DNA of 64,000 bases. Source: Macrostomum lignano. Lineage: Eukaryota. Shown here one piece after another: positions 39,241 to 51,644 of the stretch (position 1 is its first letter; every line of letters starts with the position of its first letter). Location of the stretch: NCBI GenBank assembly GCA_002269645.1, contig NIVC01002014.1, forward strand, positions 62,001-126,000. Reading direction: 5' to 3'. The notes under the pieces are model-generated. The model did not search any database and was not told where the DNA came from. It saw only the letters and a program-made list of their open reading frames with translations. The translations under genes were made by a program, and so were the position numbers.

Positions 39241-40134
39241 AACTTGACCTTCTGATTCATTGCGTGACAATTTCTGTTGTGAGTTCATGTCTTTCTGGCA
39301 AGCCAATGTACGACGGCACCCCAGTCGGACCCGTCGGCAGGCCAGGATAATTGATTCCGGGGAGGAACAGCAGCCGACAAAGGGAAGCAGAGCGAAACAA
39401 AGGGATTCCTGTGCAATCGCAGCGGATTCACAGAGTTGCAGGCAGACTTGTGCCGAGCTCAGGGCGGCATTGTCAGGTCCAACTTTCCTTTTGCAATTCA
39501 TTCAAAGACAACAATATTCAGACCGGAATGACAATGGAGAACAACACAATGGTCACGTGACCAGATCAAGCGCTCCCGCGGATTTTCGGCGCCAAATTTG
39601 AGCAGACTTGATGAATTATAATCCGCTAATTAATCTGCAGAGGCTGTCACATTTCTTATTTGTTTTTCCCAATAGCGCTCAGGAAGCTCCGGCTCAGTCA
39701 GCAACCACGCGGGCAGCTGTCGGAGGGACATCTCTACGCTCGTATCGCCGTGGCTTCCAGACCAAACATTGCGGATCTGTTTATCATGGAAATTCGGGCA
39801 TTTGGAGCCGGCACAGGACACGCATTTTATTCCTTATTATTTTTCCCCGCCTGCCAGCTACTCGGCTCTGTTTTGTTTCAATGCACGCAACCGGTATCGG
39901 TCTTGTCACCAAGGCAGCAGCAGAGGATTAATGAGGAGCTCTACCGGCTGACTCAACGATTAATTCTCGACGAAGAGGAAGCAGGAAGCTCTGACTGGGG
40001 GAACTGATCAGTAAACACTGACAGTTGAGCTGCTTGGAATTTCTGCGGTGGAGATGTCTCTGGCTTATTGTTGAACCGTCTGCTTGTTGCATCCTTCTAG
40101 CAACCATACAATGTTGATCCGGGTTCCGGCCCGA

Positions 40135-40563
40135 AGGGAGAGGGGCGGATGGGAGGGGCGGATGGGAGAGGGGTGGATGGGAGAGGGGCGGATGGGAGAG
40201 GGCGGATGGGAGAGGGGCGGATGGGAGAGGGCGGATGGGAGAGGGGCGGATGGGAGAGGGTGAATGAGAGAGGGGCGGATGGGAGAGGGTGGATGAGAGA
40301 GGGGCGGATGGGAGAGGGTGGATGAGAGAGGGGCGGATGGGAGAGGGCGGATGGGAGAGGGCGGATGGGAGAGGGCGGATGAGAGAGGGGCGGATGGGAG
40401 AGGGCGGATGGGAGAGGGGCGGATGGGAGAGAGGTGGATGAGAGAGGGGCGGATGGGAGAGGGGCGGATGGGAGAGGGGCGGATGGGAGAGGGGCGGATG
40501 AGAGAGGGGCGGATGGGAGAGGGGCGGATGGGAGAGGGCGGATGGGAGAGGGCGGATGGGAGA
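40135..40563. repeat. 14/15-bp G-rich repeat GAGAGGGGCGGATGG
   Basis: Direct reading. Confidence 0.95.
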
Positions 40564-41167
40564 GAGAGGAGCATTTTCCATTTAACACACCAGCCAGGCG
40601 CAGTCATTTTCCGCAATATTATGTCCAGAAAGTTCCCGCCGGAGGCTCGGGAAAGAGAAAAAAGCAGAAAAGCATTGTATAATCGAGAATAAAAGCAACA
40701 TTCAATTCTCAAGTTAAAGCTTCCCATAGCAGCGCACAATGAGCAGCAGGCAGAGGTGAGTAATTAAGAATTATGCAGGCTGCCGACACGCAGCACAATC
40801 GAAATGGAACAAAAAAGGTTAGAAATGGCGCGGATGTGAATGATGAGGACGACCTCAGCAGATTTGCTCAAGCCGTCACCAGTTGAGTTCATGGCTTGTC
40901 AATAAAACACAGCCAGCCGCCCGACCCTAAAAAAACCGCAGCGGGATGAGCAGCAGTTCGGGCGGCTCCTGAATTCAAGCGGCAATGAAAATTGCATTAA
41001 AAATGCATCGCTTCTGACTTCTCCGCTGTGCTTGGGGCTTTGGAGCCCCGGTTTATGGCTTGTTTATCAGCTAATGCGGGTGCAGCTATGCTGACCTTTG
41101 CAGCACTGAGTAGTGCAGAGCGACCCGGCTGAGAGGCTTTGTGGGCTGGCTGGGCCCCTGGCCTTTG

Positions 41168-41501
<334 letters not shown>

Positions 41502-42873
41502 ACAATCCACCTGCCAGGAAAATATTTTTTCTGAGACACTTCAAGATCAGAGAATTACACGATATTTCAAACACTGACAGCTAAATGACAGACTGACTTA
41601 AGTCGAAGCTGGCGCGCAGACCCTCAGCTGAAAATTCACTCTAGGCTGTCAGCAAGAATAATTGTAATGACTTTTGAGAACTTGTCGATAAAGAAATGGG
41701 AGGATACTGAGCATGGGGATCTGAGTCTGGCATCCCATTGGGATGTTTAGACAGACAAAAGCAGCCCTCCTGCGCCCGCCACTTCAGCAGTCAAGTGGCG
41801 ACATTCATATGAATCCTTGCGGCAGTGGCCGGGCCGGAGTCCATGCAGCTCAGCGGACTCATCCGAATGCTCACTCAGCTATGAAATCGGCTCAGCTGAT
41901 CTCTCTGTTATTTTGACTGCCACACGTGAAGGCAGAATCCGGTCACAGTGCCACCTCACTGTAAGCTTCTTCCACCTTATTACTCAACTATCGAGTTAAA
42001 AAAGCGTCTTTTATTATTTATTGAGTGAATCCTTTTGTCCTCCTAATAATTTGTTTCCAGCTTCAGTTGAAACTTCACTGTGTCTGTGTTAGTTCTCCAT
42101 CCATTTAGAGTAAATACTAATTATAAATTGATATTTAACTAGCTTCTAATTCTAATATAAATCCCTTATAGCAACATTACAACATTGAATTAGCTCGTAC
42201 AGCAACAGCAGTGTCAGTTGCATTACAGTATCGGTACTTCTGGAACAGATGTATTCCCTATAGTGCCCCTTTGTAGTGATGGATTTTGGTTAGTGAGCGG
42301 CCGTCTGCAACCAGCATGCGCTGCTTGAGCATCTGATCACCGTAAAGGGCATGCATATTCAAGCGGACTGTCTTCGGTCGTTCAATCCTGGGTCGTTGCT
42401 AGGCGGTTGCTATAGGCAGCGTATGCATGTTCCTAATTTAAAAGTAAGTGGCGAAGGCTCCGATCGCGAACGGGATCGCGCGTGAAAGTGTTTGGCTTTT
42501 GGGAGCGCTGATTGGGGCTGCTGGAGCGCGGCCACACGAGTTGCCTGGCAATTCAAAATTTTGCTGCTGTAAGAACTCGAACTCATGCAGAACGCGAAAG
42601 CGCAAAATGCCACGGAAATGACTAGGAGATTTGAATCTGATATTCGAAAATCACTACTTTAATCATTCAGTATATGTGATTGATGGGACACAAACGACCT
42701 TTTTTATATTTTACTAATTTTAGTCACCTGGACTTGGATAAACAATCAATTGATCAAAGCGTCTTTCCATCGTCACTCAAAGCAAAAAAATCATGCGAAA
42801 TCCTTTTGAAATTCATCCATGAAATTTGCGAATTCGTACATGTAAATTGGATCATGCTTGAACGTCATCACTT

Positions 42874-43118
42874 GCACGCGAAGGCGTATTCAGCATGCCA
42901 GTGAAGTATGAGACAGACTAGGCCCATGGGCTAAGGTCTGCGATGCTTCACGCCTGCCCCTATCTTCAGCAGGTCAAGGCTGGTGGGAGGTCTGCACCCT
43001 CTATTTGCCTCTGGCAGCCGCAGACCCCCCCCCCCACGCTGTCTCGCAAGTCGACCCAGGGTACTCGTCCCCGCGTGTGTTCAAGGCAGTCCCTAGGGCT
43101 GCTGGACAGACTGGGCTC
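42874..43118 (+). ncRNA. HDV-like (nested double pseudoknot) self-cleaving ribozyme at the LINE 5' end
   Basis: P1 GCACGCG 42874-42880 / CGCGTGT 43072-43078 (G1-U wobble). P2 CCCA 43055-43058 / TGGG 43112-43115. P3 GGG 43059-43061 / CCC 43069-43071. L3 TACTCGT. P1.1 AC 43063-43064 / GT 43079-43080. P4 43081-43106. J4/2 CAGAC with putative catalytic C43107. Confidence 0.8.
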
Positions 43119-43393
43119 CGGCGCTGGCGACCCTATCCAGTGGCTTCGGCCGAATTTGGGTATGCGGGTCTGGCTCGCCAACCTGCAGGCCGTGGTACTG
43201 CTCAACGTACTCTCTAATGCCTAAGGTGTTGACCGTGCCGATGGGCTGGAAGGCCGGGGAGTAGTCCGGTCGCAAGCGGTCCCCCTCCTGGTGTCGGGCC
43301 AGCCTTGAGGGTGCTATTGGCCTACTGCCCGGTCAGGTGGAGCGGCCGGGTGGGTACCGCGCCCCTTTGAGGGTAGCCCACCAACCTTTTATC

Positions 43394-44914
43394 ATGGCCT
43401 TCGAGCCGACTATGGATAAACAAGCTATTTCTAGGGATGGGGACCCTTCTAAACCCCAACCTCAGTCCGAAGGACCGGCCGGCCCTGCTGGCAGATCCCA
43501 ACCGACTGATTCAACTGTGGCAAAGGAAGGACCGGCTGGCTCTGCTGGCAGATCCGACCAGAGCTACCAAACTCAAAATACCCTAAGACCTGCCAGCTCC
43601 GCTGGTGGATCTAAGGGAACCGCGAGCTCTGAGCCTAAAGGACCGGCCAAATCTGGCAGATCCGATGAAGCTCAGCGGGCTCGGCTTGAGCGCAAACGCG
43701 CTAAACAACGCGCCAAAAGGCAGGCCAAGAAGGGAGCTGCGGGGGCCAAAGCGGCGGCGTCCACCATGGATGCTGAAGCGACTGGAGTCCCAAGGCAACC
43801 AGGCGGGCCGGCCGGTGGAAGCTCCAGTAGTTCAGCGGCGGCGCTCCCTGGAGCTGCTGCCGCGGCTGCTGAGGCCGAAACCACGGCGCAACAAATGGCC
43901 ACTGCCAACAAGGAGGTTCCTTCGGGAGCTACCTTTGCGGCGAAGGCCAAGGCCAAAATCCCGGGAGTGATCATCCAAGGTCGCGACCAGGACTGGACCA
44001 CTGATCAGCTTCAAAAAGTGTGGAGTGCTGTTGACTCCTATCTGATTGAGCTGACTGTCGAGGAGGGAATCTCCATCGGCGTTGAGCGGATGGTGCTGCG
44101 AAGCACATTCGTTCTTATTGCTCCTAGCAGCGAGGAGGACGCTCGGCGGCTGCTCCAGCGGCTACCGACGGTCTCCTTGGATGCTGACCTTGGCGGAGCT
44201 CTTTTTCTTCGCGAGGGCCAGCGTCCAAAGACGATACCCTATGTGGTTTTCGTCCCTGCTAAGAGCACCGCAGCTGGACCAGACGTTATTCGCCGGGTCC
44301 TACTGCGTCTGAACCCCGACCTCCCTGCTAGTGGACTGGTGTATCACCGTAAAGTCCGCAGGGGGGAGACGGGCAACTCAATTGTCCTCGGCCTTTCCAG
44401 CACTTGGGCGAGTCGGTACCCTAATGGATCCTCTTTCCAGCTGGGTGCCCTCAAGCTCAAGTTGCGCCGAGGAAAGTCTGCCAAAGGGAAGGCTACTGCC
44501 AACCCCGGCATCTCCGGCAAGAGCGGGGCGCAGTCTAAGGCCCAAGGAAAGGCGCAAGCCGATCCCAAAGCCAAAGCTGCATCTCGCCCCTCTGCTAGCA
44601 GCAGTTCGGCGACCGCGGTAACGGCTCCGGCCGAGCCCCGGGAACCAAACCTGCCAGTCGGAGAAGGAGTTGAGGACGAGGCCGGGTCTTCGGAATCCGA
44701 GCTCTCCTCGGCCACCTTGGTGGGGTCTGAAGGTAAAGATGCAGGTGAGGAAGCTTCCTCCATCCTGTCATCGGAGCCTGAGGAGTCTGCTGGGGGGCCG
44801 GTGGGGGTGAGGAGGCCATGGACGTCGACCAACTCCCATCTCCCAGTCAAGCCCCAGCGGCCTGGGACGAGGACGATCTGTTGTCCAAGTCTCCTTGATG
44901 ACCCTGGGCTCTAG
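43394..44914 (+). CDS. LINE ORF1 (506 aa from first ATG), DUF4780-like central domain
   Basis: Long open frame with a basic coiled segment (ARLERKRAKQRAKRQAKK). Central region DQLQKVWSAVDSYLIE..LLRLNPDLP..SIVLGL..FQLGALKL resembles DUF4780 of LOA ORF1 (recalled similarity, not searched). Confidence 0.8.
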   Translation: MAFEPTMDKQAISRDGDPSKPQPQSEGPAGPAGRSQPTDSTVAKEGPAGSAGRSDQSYQTQNTLRPASSAGGSKGTASSEPKGPAKSGRSDEAQRARLERKRAKQRAKRQAKKGAAGAKAAASTMDAEATGVPRQPGGPAGGSSSSSAAALPGAAAAAAEAETTAQQMATANKEVPSGATFAAKAKAKIPGVIIQGRDQDWTTDQLQKVWSAVDSYLIELTVEEGISIGVERMVLRSTFVLIAPSSEEDARRLLQRLPTVSLDADLGGALFLREGQRPKTIPYVVFVPAKSTAAGPDVIRRVLLRLNPDLPASGLVYHRKVRRGETGNSIVLGLSSTWASRYPNGSSFQLGALKLKLRRGKSAKGKATANPGISGKSGAQSKAQGKAQADPKAKAASRPSASSSSATAVTAPAEPREPNLPVGEGVEDEAGSSESELSSATLVGSEGKDAGEEASSILSSEPEESAGGPVGVRRPWTSTNSHLPVKPQRPGTRTICCPSLLDDPGL

Positions 44915-44937
44915 CCAGATATTGCATTTAATACAGT

Positions 44938-47900
44938 ATGACTAAGCTCCACGCTGCCAAAGGAGCGACATTCTGTCTGCAAATAAATTTACAGCATTGC
45001 GTATCTGCGTCAGTAAATCTGATGAAGATTGCTGAGCTGTACAGGCCAGGCCTCATCCTGATCCAGGAACCCTGGATGCGCAACGGTAAGTTGCCCAACA
45101 TTCCCTCTGGCTACTCTGATTTTTATGTGTGTGGCCCGGGGAACAGCCGCCCTAGAGCGGCTATCCTCGCTGCTAGCCATCTCCAGGCTTGGCTGAGGAC
45201 TGATCTCTCTGATGGAGACCTTTGCGTCATCCAATCTAATCATTTCTCTCCGCGTACGTGTCTTGTTGCCTCGGTTTATATCCCAGGCGACAGAGACCCT
45301 GCTCCGAGAGTTTACTGCGCCTTGCGCAGTACTGCGAGTCCCAGAACGCTGAGCTGTGCTTAGGGGGCGACCTCAACGCGCACCACAAGCACTGGGGCAG
45401 CAAAGATACCAACACTAGAGGAGAGGAGCTTCTGGCCCTCATCTCTAACACAAACCTCATGCTCTGCAACCGCGGCAGCACTCCTACCTTTAATAATGGC
45501 AGATGGACCGAGGTCCTCGACGCCACACTCGTTACCCCAAGACTCTTTGACAGAGTCAAGGAGTGGAGAGTCTGGTCTGAGGAGCCCTCCCTGTCTGACC
45601 ACTGCTTTATTGCCTTTAATATCGCGGACACTAAAACCCAGTCTCCGATCACTTGGAGACGCAATATCCGCAACACTGATTGGGCGGCCTACAAGGCTGC
45701 CCTTGATCTGCACCTGCAGGAACTCACGGACTTACGTCCGATTGAGACCTGCGAGGATGTGGATCATATGGCTGAGACGCTGACAGGTTGCATTATTGCA
45801 GCCTACGAAGCGGCTTGTCCTGCTCGCGCCTACAGAGGCAAGACCTCGGCGCCGTGGTGGAACCCGGAGCTGGGGAAACTCAGGCGGAAGGCCAAAAGCC
45901 TTCATCGCCGTGCCATGAAGACCGGAAACCCGGAGGACATGGAGCTTTTCCGGCAAGCCTCCCGCAATTTCAAATCTGAAGTGCGCAAGGCCAAGGAATG
46001 TAAGTGGCGCCAATTCTGCAATGAATTGGATCAAGACAGACCTACTTCTAGGCTTGTCAAGGCCCTTACAATGGACAAAATGTCCAAATTAGCCATGATC
46101 AAAAAAGATGATGGCTCTCTTACTAAAGACCCTGAAGAAGTGCTTCAGCATATGCTTAGCACATTCTTCCCGAGGGTACCTACTGCTAGACCGGAGCCCA
46201 ACCATTCGATGGATGGAGCCACCCTAGCGGCGGGCATTGTCACTGAAGACCTAATCGCTCGTGCGGTCAGAACCTTCAAACCCTTCAAATCTCCTGGACC
46301 TGATGGTATCTACCCTGTTCTCCTTCGTGAAGCAGCCAAGATACCCTCGTTCCTGAGACTCACCCGCAATCTTATGCGGGCCTCTATCCAGCTGGGATAC
46401 GTTCCCAAAAGCTGGACTGAAGCTCGAGTAGTCTTTATTCCCAAACCTGGGAAGGGTGACTACCAAAGCGTCAAGGCCTTCCGGCCAATTAGCTTAACGT
46501 CAGCAATGCTTAAGCTCACTGAGAGGCTTATTCTCTGGCGGCTGCTCTCCTGCGAGCTGACAGCGATGCCCCTCAGCAATAATCAGCACGCCTTCCGTAC
46601 CGGGAGGTCGACTGACAGCGCCCTGCATGCGATTGTCGAAAAGATTGAACGGGCGGTACTGGGTGACGGTTACGCCCTGGCTCTCTTTCTTGACATTGTT
46701 GGCGCCTTCGACAACGTTATCTTTGAAGCGTTTCAGAGGGCCCTTCAAAATCGCAAAGCTCATGCTACCCTCATACGGTGGATCATGTACATGATCTCCA
46801 ACCGTACGGTCACTGCCCAACTTCTTGGGCAAACTGCCTCCACCAGAGTCTGTAAGGGTGGACCCCAAGGCGGAGTCCTCACCCCGACGCTCTGGAACCT
46901 GGTCATGGACGCTCTTCTGAGTGACTCCCGACCTGACCCCGTCTTCAAAGTCGGGTATGCTGATGACGTCACGGCCATTGTGGCAGGACCGTCTCCCAGC
47001 ACGCTCAGGGATCTGATGCAGAGCTTTATCCGCAAAGCAGAATCCTGGGCCAATGACAATGGTTTGGAACTCTCTGAGCCCAAAACCGTTGCCATTATGT
47101 TTACCAGCAGACTACGCTGGAACATACGTCCTCTGCAGCTCTACGGCAGAGATATTGCCTTCGCGCACCAGACCAGATGTCTCGGGGTCACACTTGACCA
47201 CCGGCTCAACTGGTCCTTCCACGTGAAAGCAAAAGCTAAGCGTGCCTCAGCCATCCTGGCCCAGCTCCGACGAGCACTTGGCACTTCTTGGGGTCTATCC
47301 CCAAAGCGGCTTTGGTGGATCTATACTTCCGTAGTTAGACCTGCCATTACGTACGCCTCTGTTGTCTGGGTTAGCGCTACCCAGGTCAAAAGCCATGCAG
47401 ACCTGCTCAACACGATCCAAGGCAGAGCGTGTAGGCTCATCTGCAACGCCACCAGGTCCACGCCCTTTGCTGGCATGGGGGCCTTTCTTAATCTTCCGCC
47501 TCTTGACCTCTTCATCAGGGGTGAGGCGGCTAGAACGACGCGGCGTCTAATTGATGCCGGCGTCAAATTCATTTACATGAGAGCACCTGCTAAGCGGAAC
47601 CTTGTCCCGCATAGCGATCTGTGCCTCAACTTTCTCAACGAGTGTCAGGCCAATCGCGTCTTCACCGATGGCATTGCCTCAACGCTCAACCTGAGACAGC
47701 GCTACTCCGTAGCTATCGACTCGCGCGATAACATCAATGACCATTGGAACCCTGGTGAGCTTCATTGCTACACCGACGGTTCTAAGCAGTCAGCCAACAC
47801 CGGCTTTGGTGTTGGAATCTTTCTGAACGGGAGGGTCATCGCTACCCACGCTCAATACACTGGGGTCAACTCCAGTGTTTTCCAAAATGAAGTTCTGGCC

Positions 47901-48677
47901 ATCAGCTCCTGCACTGTAGAGCTTCTCGCCACTGGCGTTACTGGTAAGAACATCATTTTCCATTCGGACAGCCAAGCTGCCTTGCACGCCATCAGTGGCT
48001 GCAGCACCAACTCTGCTACAGTCCTTGACTGTATCAAACTCCTCAATGTGTTGGGTTCCGCCAACAAAATTACCCTTAAGTGGGTTCCGGGGCATGTGGG
48101 GATCCGAGGAAATGAGTTGGCTGACACCCTTGCAAAAGTTGGTGCCTCCGGCTCCTCTCTCGGCCCCGAACCTCTTGTCCCGATTCCTGGCTGTGTCATC
48201 GACTCGCGCATCAAAGCGTGGATCAGGACTCAGCACCGCTCGACTTGGGCGAACCGCACGAACTGCAGGCAATCCAGAGGCGCTGTCCCTCAGCCCTCTC
48301 ACCAGCTCCGGAAGCTCCTCTTGCGCCTCTCGCGCAGAGACATCCGGGCTGCCACCATGACCCTCTCTGGTCACGGCTGCTTCTCCAGGCACCAGTACCT
48401 GCAGGGCAACGCCACCAACGCCACCTGTAGTTTCTGCAACTCAGGTGACGAAACCGCTGAGCATTTCGTCAGCATCTGTCCCGCCTTCACGCGGGCCAGA
48501 CTCACTTACCTCGGGCCACACACATCTATTACTGAAGCGTGCAAACCCGAAAACTTTAATCAGCTCATGCGCTACCTTCGGGCCACCCGCAGGGCTGAAC
48601 TCTCCTTTCCAGAGAGCACCATAGCTGCTGGCGACACTGGGGGACCTCCCTGGGCGGCGCCAACCCTCCGTCCATAG
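44938..48677 (+). CDS. LINE ORF2: AP endonuclease, reverse transcriptase, RNase H, CCHC finger; 1-bp frameshift near 45305
   Basis: APE motifs QINLQH, LIQEPW, GDLNAHH, LSDH. RT motifs KSPGPDG, FRPISLTS, GGPQGGVLTP and YADD at 46956-46967. RNase H YTDGS/QNE/SDS/GNELAD. C-terminal CSFC-x8-H-x4-C. The N-terminus is in the frame of 44938 and the rest in the frame of 45258. Confidence 0.93.
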
Positions 48678-50821
48678 CGACGCGTCGGCCGTTCAGGGAC
48701 TAGCGGAATGGGCGCCCGCGCCTTCCCGCTGTGTCCCCTCCGGGACAGCCCTGCAGCTAAGTCAAGTAAGTCAAGAACGTCATCACTTAAATAAGGCAAT
48801 GTATACATGCATATCGGCAACTACATGTAGGCGTCCAAGACGACCGAAATTGCGATAATTAATTGACAATTGAATTGCTTGCAAGTGAATTGTAATTTTT
48901 GCAATTTTTGCTTACGATTATTGAATAGCAATTATCGCAAATTTATTTTGAAAAGTTAATTCAATAAGATAATGGAATGATTTCACCATAGTCATGATTC
49001 GATCTGTTTCGAATGATTTTCTGTAGGGGCAAAAACAAAATTTAAATAACAAAAATGAGAATTTAGTCAAAACATTCTTATTTTATAAATGTAGGCCTGG
49101 CCTAATGAACTTTTTTATGCTAGAAATTAACCATTTAATTTTTGTTTGGTTTTAAAAAATAAAATGCTTTGATTTTAAAAGCTTATTATTATCCCCATGC
49201 ATTAAAACTTGATTTATTTGGTAGGCCTATATTTAATGATCAATGTGCTTCCCAACCCCATCAAGTTTGATTTTAATTTTTCTATGCCAATTGTTAAATA
49301 GGTTGTAAATTAGGCCTATCAAATAAAAAAATCAAAGTACCTTAGTAATCTGCAATCACCCCATTCCAAATTTTCTGGATCCCAATGAAATGAAACCAAT
49401 AGAATAGGTCTAGTCTAGTCTAGTCAGTGTGGCAGAACCAGGTAGTAGGCCTAACGATGATGATATGATCTATTTTAATGATATTCTGACGATCCATCTA
49501 TCTAGGCTAGGCCCCTAAGTCATATCTAATATCCATATCTGTATTTTAGGGCTCGCAGTCGCAGTCAGCTCAAACAAGCCTGCTGCTGGCACTTGTACTC
49601 AAAATTAAGCATATTCAAAATTGATGATGTATCGAAAGTTGCTTTAGGAATAACTAACTCTGTACAGTGAAATGTATGTAACTCCCGTTTTTTTATAAAC
49701 GAATAGAAAGCAATACTATAACTCTAGCAAACTATACTATACTATAGCAAACTGTAACTCCCGTTTTTTTATAAACGAATAGAAAGCAATACTAATAATT
49801 CAGTTGTGATTAGGCTACAATATTGAATTTAGACGGTACTAGTTTGTTTGTCATTGTGCAGGCAATATGTACGAGTATCCAGCATGCAGTAAAGGCAACT
49901 AGCATGCTGGATATGCATGTTTATCGTACCTAAAATAGTGCTGAATTCGCGTATAAACTGCTGACACATTGTGCTGAATTCGCGTATAAATGCTGACACG
50001 GGTGATAATGGTTTAAAGTTTATGAACATGCGTGCAGAATTGAAAGTCTGCGACTGCGACGCCGCGCGCGCGACTTTCAGTATCAGTAGGAACAGTGCAA
50101 CGCAAGATATTAAGACTACAGTTCATTTCTTTTCTGTTTGTACTAATGTTCTGAGAGTCTGATGGTTGCCATGCATCAGTGCATAACCCCAGGGGCCGCA
50201 AGCTGGGTATCCATGGTTGATGATTAAGTTGACGTCACGACCTGGCTGGCTGGAGTTTCGGAAAATTTGGATAGTTTATATAATTTATATAGCCTATGTT
50301 GCATTTATAGGTTTTTCATATTTTAAATAGTTTTAAATATACATTTAGGCCTACATTATTTGTTATTCTTATAAATTGAAATTGCTAGTTGATTTACAAT
50401 TAATGACCATTAATCAGGGGTCATTACTATTAAACCTATTAAATGACATGAAGTAAAATGAAATGACATTTTGATCTATGTTGACTTAGCTAAAATTGGT
50501 ATAATAGGTTATATAGGCCTAATATATTATTAGTGATTATTAGATGGAAAAAGTTTTCTAAATATAAAAAATCTTTTTTATTATTGCTATTGTTGTTTTC
50601 TTAAAACTTTCTTTGACAAGTATTAATGATAAAATGTGAATATAATTTCTGATATTATTTAATTCATTTTCTAATAATTTTTGTTATGTTAGAATGTCTA
50701 ATAGTAAGTTTATACTAGCATTGATGACTATGATATAAATTGTTTAGCTTTTTTAATTCTTTTAGTTTTTATTAAAAGTCTTAAAAGTCTTAGTTAAAAG
50801 TCTTAGTTTTTTATTATTGTA

Positions 50822-51000
50822 ATACTCTTATATCTAAAGCTGAGTGGGTCGATCGATTGATCGATCGACCGGCCGGGTTTAACGCATATCTCCTCCTAGA
50901 AAGCTGGCAACTCAAATGCGAGACCTATATCTATCAATGCAGAATTTTCCTACACAACAAATAGGCTATTTAAATGTTGAAATTTTCAATATTAAGTCTG
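50822..51000 (+). mobile_element. Possible 5' end of a non-autonomous Helitron-like element
   Basis: ATACTCTTATATCTAAAGCTGAG..(GATC)n..AACGCATATCTC resembles my recollection of invertebrate Helitron 5' termini. No CTAG 3' end with hairpin identified. Confidence 0.3.
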
Positions 51001-51644
51001 TTAAAAAAGCAGAAAACTGTTTTCTTAACCTTCTTTGGCCACTTTTTCTGCTCTGAACTGAAAATTTGCATCAATTTTGAGCGATTGCGCCACAACTTTT
51101 CCTATCTCGGCAGTGTATTTTCTCTCCAGTGGGGGGATGGGGGCGTTCTAAGTGGCTGCGTGCGTACACTTGGACCCTTGCTAACTGGCGGGCAGTGAAA
51201 TTCAATGCATAAACTTGCAAGCCTCTCACTGTAGCAGGCAGTGAATTTACACTAAAAAATTCAATGCTTTAAACTGGGAAATTTCAAACGCAAACTGTTA
51301 CTTGAGTTTTGAACTTTGAGAAAAGGGACTTATATTGCTGGAAAGTTCTTTTAATGCTGAATTAAGTTGCTTGCTTTAAGTATGAAAACTAAAAGCACAG
51401 CATTCAAAAAACGATTTCCTTACTTTTAACTTTCTGCATATTGTACTCATTTTGCGAGATGCAATAGATAAATTTGGAGGCTTCAACTTCTAACTGCTGA
51501 TGTGTATTGGAAGGTTGATTTAGATTGTGCAATCATTTTGTTAACTTTAACTGAGACTGATACTGACTGACTGAAAAATCGATTTTGCAACTAATTGGTT
51601 CAATTTTTTTATCGGCACCTTTTAACAGGCAGCACTGTGCAGCT

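Larger units (their letters stand above)
42874..48775 (+). mobile_element. Full-length non-LTR retrotransposon (LINE), LOA clade (Lian/Baggins-like)
   Basis: TSD (G)AACGTCATCACTT at 42860/61-42873 and 48775/76-48788. Contains ORF1 and an APE-RT-RNase H-CCHC ORF2, and ends in (TAAGTCAAG)2. Clade inferred from the DUF4780-like ORF1 and the ORF2 architecture. Confidence 0.93.
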
